The notes under the pieces were generated by a model. That model did no database searches. It worked only from the letters and a program-made list of their open reading frames with translations, and was not told the origin of the DNA. 54,493 nt of DNA from assembly GCA_035695245.1 (NCBI GenBank), contig DASSEQ010000186.1:1-54493 (forward strand), written 5' to 3'. The DNA is from Mycobacteriales bacterium. Lineage in GTDB: Bacteria > Actinomycetota > Actinomycetes > JAFAQI01. Within the stretch, counting starts at the first letter, position 1; each line of letters begins with the position of its first letter. Below, piece after piece: positions 8,719-19,146 of this stretch. The position numbers and the translations under genes are program-made.

Positions 8719-9675
8719 CTACGGCCGCTCTCGGGTCGCGTCAGCGGTCACGTCGAGAAAGAAGTGCCGCACCGACGGATGTTGTGCGGTGATGTCGGCC
8801 TCCATGCGGCGGGCCAAGGCTTCGACCTCGCTTGCCCGCATCTCGTCATCGAGATCGATGCGTGCCGCGACGAGCACCGCGCCACGACCAATCACCGAGG
8901 TGAGCACTTCGTCGACCGCGTCGACTTCGTCGTACGACGACAGCAGCCCCACCAAGGCATCCCGCAGGCGCGGATCAGCCGACTCACCGATGAGCAGGCT
9001 GCGGTTCTCCCGACCGAGAGCAACCCCGACGCCGGCGAGCAGCAACCCGATGAGCAGCGAGGCCAGGCCGTCCCAGACATGCGAGCCAGTGGCCTCGTGC
9101 AGCGCGACGCCCAAACCCGCGACCACCAGGCCGACGAGTGCCGCCGAGTCTTCGAAAAACACTGTGGTCACCGTCGGATCGGAGGTGTCCCACAACTCCT
9201 GGCGCATGCCACGCTGCGTGGCGGCGGCGTCTTCCCGCAACTGCCTTCGCGCCTGCAGCCACGACAGCGACTCCAGCACGAAAGCGACCGCCAGCACACC
9301 GTAGGTCAGCGGGTAATGGCCGCCGCTGCCAGACGGATGCCGAAACTCTTCAACTCCTTGCGTGACCGAAAAGACTCCGCCGCCGACGAAGATCCCGACG
9401 GCGGCCAGCAACGTCCAGAAATAGCGCTCCCGTCCGTAGCCGAAGGGATGACGTTCGTCAGCGGGGCGTTCACTGCGTTTGACCGCAACCAGCAGGAACA
9501 GCTCGTTGGTCGTGTCGGCGAAGGAGTGCGCCGACTCCGAGACCATCGCTGCGGACCCGGACAGGGCACCCGCCACAGCTTTCGCAATCGCGATGCCGAG
9601 GTTCGCGAGCACGGCGACCACGACGGTGCGGGTGCTCTCCTCGGCCATGCCATCAGCCTGCCCGATGGTCGGCAC
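8719..9675 (-). CDS. Cation diffusion facilitator (CDF) family metal efflux transporter
   Basis: Six TM segments, the motif SESAHSFADT, HPFGYGRERYFW, and a C-terminal cytoplasmic domain. An alternative start at ATG 9648 (MAEESTRT) is plausible. Confidence 0.85.
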   Translation of the reverse strand: MPTIGQADGMAEESTRTVVVAVLANLGIAIAKAVAGALSGSAAMVSESAHSFADTTNELFLLVAVKRSERPADERHPFGYGRERYFWTLLAAVGIFVGGGVFSVTQGVEEFRHPSGSGGHYPLTYGVLAVAFVLESLSWLQARRQLREDAAATQRGMRQELWDTSDPTVTTVFFEDSAALVGLVVAGLGVALHEATGSHVWDGLASLLIGLLLAGVGVALGRENRSLLIGESADPRLRDALVGLLSSYDEVDAVDEVLTSVIGRGAVLVAARIDLDDEMRASEVEALARRMEADITAQHPSVRHFFLDVTADATRERP

Positions 9676-11125
9676 GGACTACGCTCCGCCCGTGTCGTCT
9701 CCGGCCGAGGTGCTGATCGCGTCCAACCGCGGGCCGGTTGCGTTTCGCTGGGCCGAGGACGGTTCGTTGCGGCTCGCGCGCGGTGCCGGTGGTCTTGTTT
9801 CCGGCGTCTCCGCAGTCACCAAGGACGGGATGACTCGCTGGATCTGCGCCGCCCTGTCCGAGGCCGACCGCACGGCGGCGCACAGCGCCGAAGGTGGCCG
9901 GCTCGACCTGGCCGGCCATGACACCGGCGGCGCCGCCGTGCGCATGTTGCCGATCGAGGAGACCACCTTTCGTCGCGCATACAACGCAGTCGCCAACTCC
10001 ACGCTGTGGTATGTCAACCACACGTTGTTCGACACACCGCGCACACCGTCATTCGACGCCCGATGGTCGCGCTACTGGCTCGCCTACATCGACTACAACA
10101 CGGCCTTCGCGGATGCGATCGCCGAAGAAGCCGGACCGGACGCACGCGTGCTCATCCAGGACTACCACCTGTTGTTGGCTCCGGCGTTGCTGCGTCAGCG
10201 GCGCGCCGACCTGCGGATTGCGCACTTCACGCACACACCATGGGCGGAACCGTCCTACTTCGGGGTCCTTCCCGATGACATTGCAACGCAGATTCTGGAA
10301 GGCATGCTCGGTGCCGACAGTCTCGGATTCCTGTCGCCGAGGTGGGCCGAGTCGTTTGTGAGTTGTTGCGTCCGCCTGCTCGGGGCCGACGCCGGCGGTG
10401 CAAGCGTGCATCACGGCAATCGTTCGACGCGAGTGCGCGTGCACCCATTGGGAGTGGATGCCGACGAGCTGCGCACTCGCGCTGCCGCGCCGGATGTGCA
10501 AGCACGGCGCGAGGCGCTGCGTCGTCGGGTCGGCGACGCGCAGGTGATGGTGCGCATCGACCGCACCGAGCTGTCCAAGAACATCGTTCGCGGGCTCGCC
10601 GCCTATCGTGAGTTGCTCCGGTCGCATCCCGAGCATCGCGAGCACGTTGTGCACGTGGTGTTCGCTTACCCCTCCCGGCACGACTTGCCGGACTACCGGG
10701 CCTACACGGCCGAGGTGCAGCGCGTCGCGCGCGAGATCGACGACGAGTTCGCGACACCGCAGTGGTCGCCGGTAGTCCTCGAGGTCAACGACGACTACGC
10801 GCGCTCGCTGGCGGCGCTGCAGCTGGCCGACGTACTTGTCGTCAACCCGTTGCGTGACGGCATGAATCTCGTCGCCAAGGAAGGCCCCGTGCTTTCCGAG
10901 CCCGGGTTGTCGATGGTGCTCTCGCGCGAAGCCGGTGCGGCCGACGAGCTCGGCGACGATGCGCTTCTCGTCAACCCGTACGACGTTTCCGGCACTGCCG
11001 AGGCAATGCATGAAGCGCTGATCACTCCGGCGAGCACGCGACGGGAACGATCGGAGCGACTCGCAACGGCCGCAACCGCTCTGCCTCCGGCCGCTTGGCT
11101 CAGCGCCCAGCTCGACGCGCTCTGA
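9665..11125 (+). CDS. otsA: Alpha,alpha-trehalose-phosphate synthase (GT20)
   Basis: LIASNRGPVAF, GGLVSGV, WYVNHTLFD, IQDYHLLL, NPLRDGMNLVAKE. The track ORF begins at 9479 inside the divergent CDF gene, so it was trimmed to ATG 9665 (alternative GTG 9692). Confidence 0.88.
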   Translation: MVGTDYAPPVSSPAEVLIASNRGPVAFRWAEDGSLRLARGAGGLVSGVSAVTKDGMTRWICAALSEADRTAAHSAEGGRLDLAGHDTGGAAVRMLPIEETTFRRAYNAVANSTLWYVNHTLFDTPRTPSFDARWSRYWLAYIDYNTAFADAIAEEAGPDARVLIQDYHLLLAPALLRQRRADLRIAHFTHTPWAEPSYFGVLPDDIATQILEGMLGADSLGFLSPRWAESFVSCCVRLLGADAGGASVHHGNRSTRVRVHPLGVDADELRTRAAAPDVQARREALRRRVGDAQVMVRIDRTELSKNIVRGLAAYRELLRSHPEHREHVVHVVFAYPSRHDLPDYRAYTAEVQRVAREIDDEFATPQWSPVVLEVNDDYARSLAALQLADVLVVNPLRDGMNLVAKEGPVLSEPGLSMVLSREAGAADELGDDALLVNPYDVSGTAEAMHEALITPASTRRERSERLATAATALPPAAWLSAQLDAL

Positions 11126-11129
11126 CGTC

Positions 11130-11951
11130 TCAGGGCTGGCCGATTGCGGCGGCGAGTGCTTCGAGAAATGCGACCACGGCAATAGGCCCCTCGACGACCA
11201 GATCCGCACGATCGGCGAGATCGGGGGGAGCGTCTCCGCCGGCACTCGCGACGGTGAGGCCCAACCGTCCATTGCGACGCAGTTCTTCGATCGCATCGAA
11301 CGCCGGCAAGTCGCCGAGGTCGTCGCCGACGTAGACAACGACATGCGCATCGCGTTCATCGCTCAGGCTGCGGACCGCCAGCCCTTTGTCGACTCCGCGC
11401 GGACGCACTTCCAGCACGAACCGCCCGGGCACCGTCTCGAGGTCGAGCTCGGCGGCAACTGTCTCGACAGCGGGGGCAAGCGATGCCAGCGCTCCGGCCG
11501 GATCCGCCGCCGGACGCGTATGCACAACCAGCGAGTGCTCCTTGTCCTCCAGGTGCACGCCTTCCGGCGCCGCCGCGACGACCTCTCCCAGTCGCTGTCG
11601 CGCGGCGGCGATTTGCGGGAGCGGGTCCGGCGACGACAACCGGCCGTCGGACCAGCGCTGTAACCCGTAGTGCCCGAGCACCTCGAGTCGTCGTACGTCG
11701 GTCAACCCGCCGAGCCGCACCGCCTCCAGCGCGGCCCGGCCCGTGACCACCGCACAGCGACCGACGCAGTCCGCCAACGCCGCTAGCGCAGCGATTGCTC
11801 CCGGGGCAGGACGCGCGTCCTCGGGACGCGGGACGATCGGCGCGAGCGTGCCGTCGAAGTCGACGGCGACGACAGCCCGAGCCGGTTCGGCCAGGACCTC
11901 GGCAAGAGCAGCAGCACCTGCAGCCGTGCGCGGCTCGGGTAACGCACTCAT
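11130..11951 (-). CDS. otsB: Trehalose-6-phosphate phosphatase (HAD-IIB)
   Basis: VAVDFDGTLAP (DxDGT), LEDKEHSLVVHTR, VLEVRPRGVDKG and YVGDDLGD motifs. Convergent with otsA. Confidence 0.85.
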   Translation of the reverse strand: MSALPEPRTAAGAAALAEVLAEPARAVVAVDFDGTLAPIVPRPEDARPAPGAIAALAALADCVGRCAVVTGRAALEAVRLGGLTDVRRLEVLGHYGLQRWSDGRLSSPDPLPQIAAARQRLGEVVAAAPEGVHLEDKEHSLVVHTRPAADPAGALASLAPAVETVAAELDLETVPGRFVLEVRPRGVDKGLAVRSLSDERDAHVVVYVGDDLGDLPAFDAIEELRRNGRLGLTVASAGGDAPPDLADRADLVVEGPIAVVAFLEALAAAIGQP

Positions 11952-11966
11952 CCCACCGCTCGCGGC

Positions 11967-12593
11967 TCAGGTTGACCAGTCGCGGGTCACGACGAGCGTC
12001 AGCCCGGTGCCCGGCAAGCCGGCGAAGCGCGGCAGCACCCGGCGGATCTGCGACATCGCCGCGGCAAGGTCGTGGGCAGCGGCTCGCTGCCCGGGCGCGT
12101 AGTAGAGGGTCGTCTCGGCGATCCGCCCGGTGAAGTTGCCGGTGCGGCGGACCGGCCAGCCGGCGGCCCGGACCTGCGCCGCGACGTGCGCGGCGAGGCC
12201 CTGCCGGCGCGAGTTGTTCAGCACCGTCACGGGCGGCCGAGCCGCTACCGGCTGCTGGGTGGCCGGCGGCTGTGACACGGGCGGCGCTGACACGGGCGAT
12301 TGGGCGGCCGAGGTCGGGGCAGTCGATGACGGCGCCGGTGACGTCGGGATCGGTGGCGAGGTCAGCGCGGCCGATGTCGGCACCGAGGTCGGCGCGGCGA
12401 CGGCACCGGGGGCCGGCCCGGCCGGCGTGGGCCGACTGTTGAGCACGAGAAGCAGCAGGATCACCACCGCCACGGCCGAGACGGCCACGAGCGGTGGAGC
12501 TGTGCGGCGCAGCGCCTCGGCGACCGGATGCCGCTTCCGGTGGCTGGTCGGCCGCGCCGGTGCCGCCGGCTCGGGAGAGCCGGGCGAGGTCAC
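11967..12593 (-). CDS. LytR_C-domain membrane-anchored protein
   Basis: The track ORF is trimmed to GTG 12593, which overlaps the upstream stop as GTGA. One TM segment, a Pro/Thr/Ala-rich linker, then a C-terminal LytR_C-like domain (VTVLNNSRRQGLAAHVAAQVRAAGWPV...TLVVTRDW). Confidence 0.7.
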   Translation of the reverse strand: MTSPGSPEPAAPARPTSHRKRHPVAEALRRTAPPLVAVSAVAVVILLLLVLNSRPTPAGPAPGAVAAPTSVPTSAALTSPPIPTSPAPSSTAPTSAAQSPVSAPPVSQPPATQQPVAARPPVTVLNNSRRQGLAAHVAAQVRAAGWPVRRTGNFTGRIAETTLYYAPGQRAAAHDLAAAMSQIRRVLPRFAGLPGTGLTLVVTRDWST

Positions 12594-12898
12594 ACCTCGA
12601 TACCGAGCCGACGCGCGGAGCGAGCCCGCTGCCGCGCGGTGCGCAGCCGGCGCAGGCGCTTCACCAGCATGGGATCTGCTGCGAGCGCCTCCGGACGGTC
12701 CAAAAGCGCGTTGAGCACCTGGTAGTAGCGGGTCGCGGACATGTCGAAGAGGTCCCGAATGGCCTGTTCCTTGGCGCCGGCATATTTCCACCACTGCCGC
12801 TCGAACGCCAGGATCTCGCGGTCACGCTCGGACAGCTCGCCGGTGACCGGCGTCGCGCCGCGCAGGGCCTCAGCCCTGCTCATCCCGACTGGCTCCAT
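12590..12898 (-). CDS. DUF3263-family small protein
   Basis: LSERDREILAFERQWWKYAGAKEQAIRDLFDMSATRYYQVLNALLD is typical of this actinobacterial family. Trimmed to ATG 12898, downstream of the gdh stop. Confidence 0.7.
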   Translation of the reverse strand: MEPVGMSRAEALRGATPVTGELSERDREILAFERQWWKYAGAKEQAIRDLFDMSATRYYQVLNALLDRPEALAADPMLVKRLRRLRTARQRARSARRLGIEV

Positions 12899-12983
12899 CG
12901 CCGTCTCCCGCGCACTCGTGGAACTTACAGCGATGTCATTCTGGCACGGACCGGCGACATTCCGTGGCAACTCCCCGCCCAAC

Positions 12984-14246
<1,263 letters not shown>

Positions 14247-14250
14247 CCTG

Positions 14251-15060
14251 TCATGCCGACGAGCGGTCAGGACGCAGCGACAAAGCCGTCGCGTGCGCTT
14301 CCTGACTCCTCCTCCGCAGCCCGAAGCTCGCCACGGCTATGGCGGCCGCGACCATGCCGTCCAACCAGAAGTGGTTGCCGGTCACGACGACGACGTACGA
14401 CGTCACGACTGCGTGCGCGACAGCCAACCACCTGGCCCACGGAGCTCCCGTGCGCCATACGGCGATCACGAACAGCACTGCCCAGCCCACGTGAATCGAC
14501 GGCATCGCGGACAGGTGATCGCTGATGCCGGGACTATCGGCGTAGACGGACTGGCCGAGGAGCGCAGCCGTGTCGGTGACGCCGGTGTCCGCGAGCAACC
14601 GAGGCGGCGCAGTCGCGACGAAGTGCAACAACAAACAACATCCGGTGAACACGACCAGTGCGCGCCGCGCGGGTGCGTAGTGCGTCCGGTGGCGGAGCCA
14701 AAGCCAGGCGAGCACCACGTCGACGGACACCCAATGTGCGTAGGCGTAGTAGTAGTTCGCGATGGTCAGCATCCAGTGATGCGGCAGCAACGGCTGCTGC
14801 AGCGCTGCCTCGCTGTCGAGGTGCAACGCCTGCTCGAGCCGCCAGATGTCGTCGCCTCGCGCATAGGCGCCGGACGGGTGCTGACCCACCAGCTGGCCGG
14901 CGAGCATCCAAAGGCCGAAAAGCCCGAGAACGATGCCGCATTCCCTGATCGCTGCGCCGACCTGCCCTCGCCGCAGCTGCGACGAGACGAGCGCGCCGAG
15001 GCCGAAGAAGACGGCGGCAGTGATCCCAGCAGTCAGCCAGGTGACATGCAGTTGCGGCAT
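14251..15060 (-). CDS. PAP2-superfamily integral membrane protein (inositolphosphoceramide-synthase-like PAP2_C)
   Basis: About six TM segments and the motif SAMPSIHVGWAVL, typical of the PAP2_C branch. Confidence 0.65.
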   Translation of the reverse strand: MPQLHVTWLTAGITAAVFFGLGALVSSQLRRGQVGAAIRECGIVLGLFGLWMLAGQLVGQHPSGAYARGDDIWRLEQALHLDSEAALQQPLLPHHWMLTIANYYYAYAHWVSVDVVLAWLWLRHRTHYAPARRALVVFTGCCLLLHFVATAPPRLLADTGVTDTAALLGQSVYADSPGISDHLSAMPSIHVGWAVLFVIAVWRTGAPWARWLAVAHAVVTSYVVVVTGNHFWLDGMVAAAIAVASFGLRRRSQEAHATALSLRPDRSSA

Positions 15061-15063
15061 GTC

Positions 15064-16230
15064 TCAGCGGCCACCCACCCACGACCATGCGTAAGCGGTG
15101 TCTTCGCAAGCCAATGCAGCGTCCCCGAGTTGGAGCGGCCGGAACGTGTCGATCATCACTGCGAACTCGTCGGTGCGCTCCTTGCCGATCGATGCCTCGA
15201 CACTGCCAGGTTGCGGTCCGTGGATGTGTCCGGACGGGTGCAGCGAAATCGACCCGATCTCGACGCCCGCGCCCTTGCGCGACATGAACTCGCCCTGGGT
15301 ATAGAAGAGCACCTCGTCGCTGTCGACGTTGGAATGGTTGTAGGGCGCGGGGATCGCCTGCGGGTGATAGTCGAACAACCTCGGGACGAACGAGCAGACG
15401 ACGAACCCCGGCGCCTCGAAAGTCTGGTGCACCGGCGGTGGTTGGTGCAGCCGGCCTGTGATCGGCTCGAAGTCATAGATGGAGAACGCATACGGATAGA
15501 GACAGCCGTCCCAGCCGACGACATCGAACGGATGGTGCGCATAGGTGTAGCGCGTCAACCCGGCGCGGTGACGCACCAGCACATCAACGTCCTGCTCGTC
15601 GTGCAGCACCGGCTCTGTCGGTCCGCGGAGATCGCGCTCGCAGTACGGCGCGTGCTCCAGAAACTGACCCTTGACGGAGAGATAGCGCTTGGGCGGGCCG
15701 ACGTGCCCGCGCGCCTCCACCACCAGCGCTCGCACCGGCTCATCCGTCGCCGGCAGCCACCGATGTGTGGTCGCCGTCGGCAGCACGACGTAGTCGCCGG
15801 TCCCGACCTCGAGCATGCCAAAGACGGTCTCGACCCGCGCGGCGCCGGCTTCGACATAGACGAGCTCGTCGCCGGAGGCGTTGCGATACAGCGGCGAAGG
15901 CGAGTCGGCGACGACGTAGGAGATCCGCACGTCGTCGTTGGCGAGCAGGAGCTGCCGGCCACGCACGAAGTCAGCGGAGGCGACGTCGAGCTTATGCGTC
16001 TTGAAGTGCCGCGGCTTCAGCGGATGATTCGGCACAACCCGGGCGGAAGGCTCGTCGACCGCGACAACCTCGAGCAACGCCGTCGGCGGATAGCGGTGAT
16101 AGAGCAACGCGGAGTCTGACGAGAATCCCTCTACGCCCATGAGCTCCTCGGCATAGAGCGATCCGTCCGGCTGGCGAAACTGCGTGTGCCGTTTGCGGGG
16201 GATCTCCCCGACGGCCCGGTAATACGGCAT
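15064..16230 (-). CDS. hmgA: Homogentisate 1,2-dioxygenase
   Basis: 388 aa. MPYYRAVGEIPRKRHTQFRQPDGSLYAEELMG... and a cupin core with His ligands (SLHPSGHIHGP). Confidence 0.85.
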   Translation of the reverse strand: MPYYRAVGEIPRKRHTQFRQPDGSLYAEELMGVEGFSSDSALLYHRYPPTALLEVVAVDEPSARVVPNHPLKPRHFKTHKLDVASADFVRGRQLLLANDDVRISYVVADSPSPLYRNASGDELVYVEAGAARVETVFGMLEVGTGDYVVLPTATTHRWLPATDEPVRALVVEARGHVGPPKRYLSVKGQFLEHAPYCERDLRGPTEPVLHDEQDVDVLVRHRAGLTRYTYAHHPFDVVGWDGCLYPYAFSIYDFEPITGRLHQPPPVHQTFEAPGFVVCSFVPRLFDYHPQAIPAPYNHSNVDSDEVLFYTQGEFMSRKGAGVEIGSISLHPSGHIHGPQPGSVEASIGKERTDEFAVMIDTFRPLQLGDAALACEDTAYAWSWVGGR

Positions 16231-16238
16231 GCCTTAAA

Positions 16239-16255
16239 CGCTGCGCCCCGCAGCG
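16239..16255 (-). terminator. GC-rich hairpin between the BlaR1-like gene and hmgA (weak terminator candidate)
   Basis: CGCTGCG-GGG-CGCAGCG (7-bp stem) followed on the minus strand by only TTTAAGG. There is no long U-run. Confidence 0.25.
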
Positions 16256-16281
16256 GGCAGTGTCAATCAGCCACGGCCCCG

Positions 16282-17226
16282 TCAGCCACGGATAGAGTGC
16301 CGGTGCACGAGCACGTGATGATCCGCGGCCGTCGCCAACCGCAACACATCCCACATGTGATCGGTCGTCACCACGGTGGCGATCACGGCAGCGGCGACGA
16401 AGAGCACCGGCACGATGAATGCCGCCGGCTGTGCGGTGGGCGGCAACGCCTGCAGTGCCGTGATGCGGCGCGCGACCGCAGCGGCCGCGGCGATCGCGGG
16501 GACCGGGCGGCGCGGTGGTCGGGCCGTCGCGACCCGCGCGAGGGCAGCGGCCGCGAGCGGCCGAGACGTCGCTCCAGCGGCATCCTCGTCGGCCCAGCGC
16601 TCGGCGACGTAGCTCACCGATGACGGCACCCGCCACAACAGCGGATTGAGGGCTGCGGCAGCGCTTGCCACGAGGACAAGGGTGTGATGGCGGTGCACCA
16701 GGTGCGATCGCTCGTGCTCGAGCACAGCCTTGCGCTCGCCCGGCGGCAACATCTTGAGCAAGCCGGTGGTCGCCACGATGACCCGCGCGCCCGCCAACGC
16801 GAAGGCCTCGATCGTCGCCTCCTCCGCGACCACGAGGCCGCCAGCCGGGCTACCCAGCCGGCGTACGTGCGCGCGCGCCAACCGGGCGGCACGCTGACCT
16901 TGTACGACGACGAGCACTGCGCGGCAGAGCAGCACCAGCAGCAGGGCGGCCGCTGCGACCGCAACCCCTCGACCGACGCGACTGTCCTTGGCGAGCACCG
17001 TCGCCGACCAGTGGAACTCGTCCGCCAGCGTGTCGTCCTGTCCGACGATCGGCAGGGTGAGCATGGCCAGCACGATCGAGGAAGCGGCTGCGGCGACACA
17101 GGCCGCGATCGTCAGCAACCAGGCCATGGTTGCGGGCCGGCCCCGGTGCGCCAGCGCGGGTCCGAACACGCCGAACCCGGCGGTCCCCACGCCGGAGAGG
17201 AGAGGCGCAACGAACGCCGTGGTCAC
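16282..17226 (-). CDS. M56-family (BlaR1/MecR1-like) membrane zinc metalloprotease, sensor partner of BlaI
   Basis: TM-rich, with HEXXH as LEHERSHLVHRHH. Its start overlaps the BlaI-like stop by 4 nt. Confidence 0.8.
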   Translation of the reverse strand: MTTAFVAPLLSGVGTAGFGVFGPALAHRGRPATMAWLLTIAACVAAAASSIVLAMLTLPIVGQDDTLADEFHWSATVLAKDSRVGRGVAVAAAALLLVLLCRAVLVVVQGQRAARLARAHVRRLGSPAGGLVVAEEATIEAFALAGARVIVATTGLLKMLPPGERKAVLEHERSHLVHRHHTLVLVASAAAALNPLLWRVPSSVSYVAERWADEDAAGATSRPLAAAALARVATARPPRRPVPAIAAAAAVARRITALQALPPTAQPAAFIVPVLFVAAAVIATVVTTDHMWDVLRLATAADHHVLVHRHSIRG

Positions 17227-17654
17227 TTCCTCCGCCCGCGGAGCAAGTCCGAAAGGGTCCGGCGGTCGGCCGGGCTGAGCTGGCCGAGGAAGCGGGCGAG
17301 CACCGCCCGCGAGTCAGCGGTCGCCGCCATGTACGCGTGCATCTGTTGGGCAGCGTGCTCGGCCTGCTCGACCGCCGGCGCGTAACGGAAGGCGCGACCT
17401 GACTCGGCCGGCGTCCGCACCGCGATGCCCTTGTCATAGAGCCGCCTGAGGATGGTGAGCACGGTTGTATACGCGAGATCACCGCCAAGCTGCTCTTTCA
17501 CCTCTCCGGCGGTCAGAGGGGCGTCGGCCGCCCACAGCGCCGCCTGCACCTCTGCTTCGAGCTCGCCGAAACCGCGCCGAGTGCCCACTCCTCGACGATA
17601 GCGACCTTTGTCACTCCTGAATGACGACAAAATGTAGTTTGCAGGCGTGGCCAT
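17223..17654 (-). CDS. BlaI/MecI/CopY-family winged-helix repressor; the true start is probably GTG 17588
   Basis: LEAEVQAALWAADAPLTAGEVKEQLGGDLAYTTVLTILRRLYDKGIAVR. The longest ORF would overlap the divergent gene start, and an inverted-repeat operator lies just upstream of GTG 17588. Confidence 0.8.
   Translation of the reverse strand: MATPANYILSSFRSDKGRYRRGVGTRRGFGELEAEVQAALWAADAPLTAGEVKEQLGGDLAYTTVLTILRRLYDKGIAVRTPAESGRAFRYAPAVEQAEHAAQQMHAYMAATADSRAVLARFLGQLSPADRRTLSDLLRGRRK
17607..17631. promoter_or_regulatory. Inverted repeat TTTGTC-N13-GACAAA, candidate BlaI operator
   Basis: AT-rich dyad (plus an adjacent TACATTTTGTCG half-palindrome) in the divergent BlaI / membrane-glycosyltransferase intergenic region. 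Confidence 0.35.
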
Positions 17655-19146
17655 GGCTGTTGCAGATGCCGGGCCCGCGACTTGGCGAAAATCCCCGCAA
17701 CCACGCTTCTGGCTCGGGCTCGTCTGCGCCGTGCATGCCCTCGCTGCGCTTCTCCTGATCGGACCGCACTTCTGGTATGAGTGGGACGAGACCGTCTACA
17801 TCAGCCAGGTCAGTCGCCAGGCCCCGGCCGGTCTCTTCACCGCGCCGCGCGCACGTGGTCTGACCTTCCTCGTTGCACCGGTAACGGAGCTCACGACGTC
17901 GACGGTGGCACTGCGCATCTACCTCGCCGTGCTCTCGTCAGTGTTGATGTACGCCGCGTTCCGCCCGTGGTTGCGCTTGCGCAGTGGTGCCGCCGTGCCA
18001 CTGGCAGCCGCGCTGTTCACGACACTGTGGACGTCGATCTACTACGGCTTCGAAGCGATGCCCAACTTCTACGTGGCGGTCGGTGCCGTTGCGACCGTTG
18101 CCTACTTCCTGCTGACCGTCCAGGGCGAAGCCGACCGGCGTCACTTGTGGTTGCTGGTCGGCTGGGTGACGTTCGTCGCATTGATGCGCCCTTCCGACGC
18201 CGCCTACTTGATCGCACCGCTCGTCGTGATCGCCCTCCTCCATCGCTCGGCGGCTCGGCGGCAGCGCGCCTTCGTCGTCGTCGCGCTGTTCGCCGGCGCT
18301 GCGCTGGGGTCTGCCGAGTGGGCGATCGAGGCTTACACGAGCTACGGCGGATTGCTACATCGGCTGCATTCCGCGAGCGCGGAGAACGATAGCGGGCTGC
18401 ACATGTCACTCGGACTCGAGGCGCGAGCGGCCGGAGGGCCGACGCTCTGCCGGCCGTGCACCCGGGCGATCGCTCCCGCGGCGTTCGCATGGTGGTTTCT
18501 CGTGCCACCGCTTGCCGCGATCGGGCTGGTCACACTGAGACGCCAGCGTCAGGCGCTCGTCGGTTGGGCGCCGGCGCTGGCGGCGCTGTCGTTGTTGGCG
18601 GAGTACCTCGTGACGATCGACTACGCCGCGCCCCGGTTCCTCATCCCGACGTATGCCCTCGCCGCACTGCCGGTCGCGGAGGGCGCGTTGGCTCTCGTGC
18701 GAATGCGCAGTCTCTGGACGCCCCGCGTCGCGGTCCCCACCCTCGTCGGGTTGCTTCTCGTCCACACTGCCGTGCAGCTGGCGATCCTGGAGCAGTCGAT
18801 CGTGCGCGTCCAGACGCAGGCACGGCTGCAGTACCTGACTGTTGCCGCCTCACTCCGTGCCGCCCAAGTGGCGCGGCCGTGTGACATCGTCGGCTATTAC
18901 GCGGCGCCCATCGCCTTCGCAGTCGGGTGCACGGACACCCCGACCATCTCGCATCGCACCGCCGTCGAAAGGCTCGTCAACCGGCCGGGTTACGAAGTGA
19001 TCGTGCTGACGACTGCTCCCGCCGCGTCCGACACCTTCTACGCCGGCTGGCAGCGGGTCACGGTGCATGGTCCGCATCTACGGCACGCGTGGTTCGCCTA
19101 TGTTCACGCTCCCGCGCGCCGAGCTCTCCTCAACCGCAGCCACTGA
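17647..19146 (+). CDS. Polytopic membrane protein, probable GT-C fold glycosyltransferase (ArnT/PMT-like)
   Basis: More than 10 predicted TM segments and an early loop motif WYEWDETVY that resembles the GT-C DE motif. No soluble domain. Assignment is by architecture only. Confidence 0.45.
   Translation: MAMAVADAGPATWRKSPQPRFWLGLVCAVHALAALLLIGPHFWYEWDETVYISQVSRQAPAGLFTAPRARGLTFLVAPVTELTTSTVALRIYLAVLSSVLMYAAFRPWLRLRSGAAVPLAAALFTTLWTSIYYGFEAMPNFYVAVGAVATVAYFLLTVQGEADRRHLWLLVGWVTFVALMRPSDAAYLIAPLVVIALLHRSAARRQRAFVVVALFAGAALGSAEWAIEAYTSYGGLLHRLHSASAENDSGLHMSLGLEARAAGGPTLCRPCTRAIAPAAFAWWFLVPPLAAIGLVTLRRQRQALVGWAPALAALSLLAEYLVTIDYAAPRFLIPTYALAALPVAEGALALVRMRSLWTPRVAVPTLVGLLLVHTAVQLAILEQSIVRVQTQARLQYLTVAASLRAAQVARPCDIVGYYAAPIAFAVGCTDTPTISHRTAVERLVNRPGYEVIVLTTAPAASDTFYAGWQRVTVHGPHLRHAWFAYVHAPARRALLNRSH

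Noticed and set aside
8335-9921. 528-aa plus-strand ORF across the YdbS-like and CDF genes
   Set aside because: It is antisense to a CDF transporter with clear motifs, and it has an Arg/His/Gln-rich low-information composition. Same reasoning as above.
10049-11359. 436-aa minus-strand ORF inside otsA
   Set aside because: It is antisense to a GT20 trehalose-phosphate synthase with canonical motifs and has no motif of its own.
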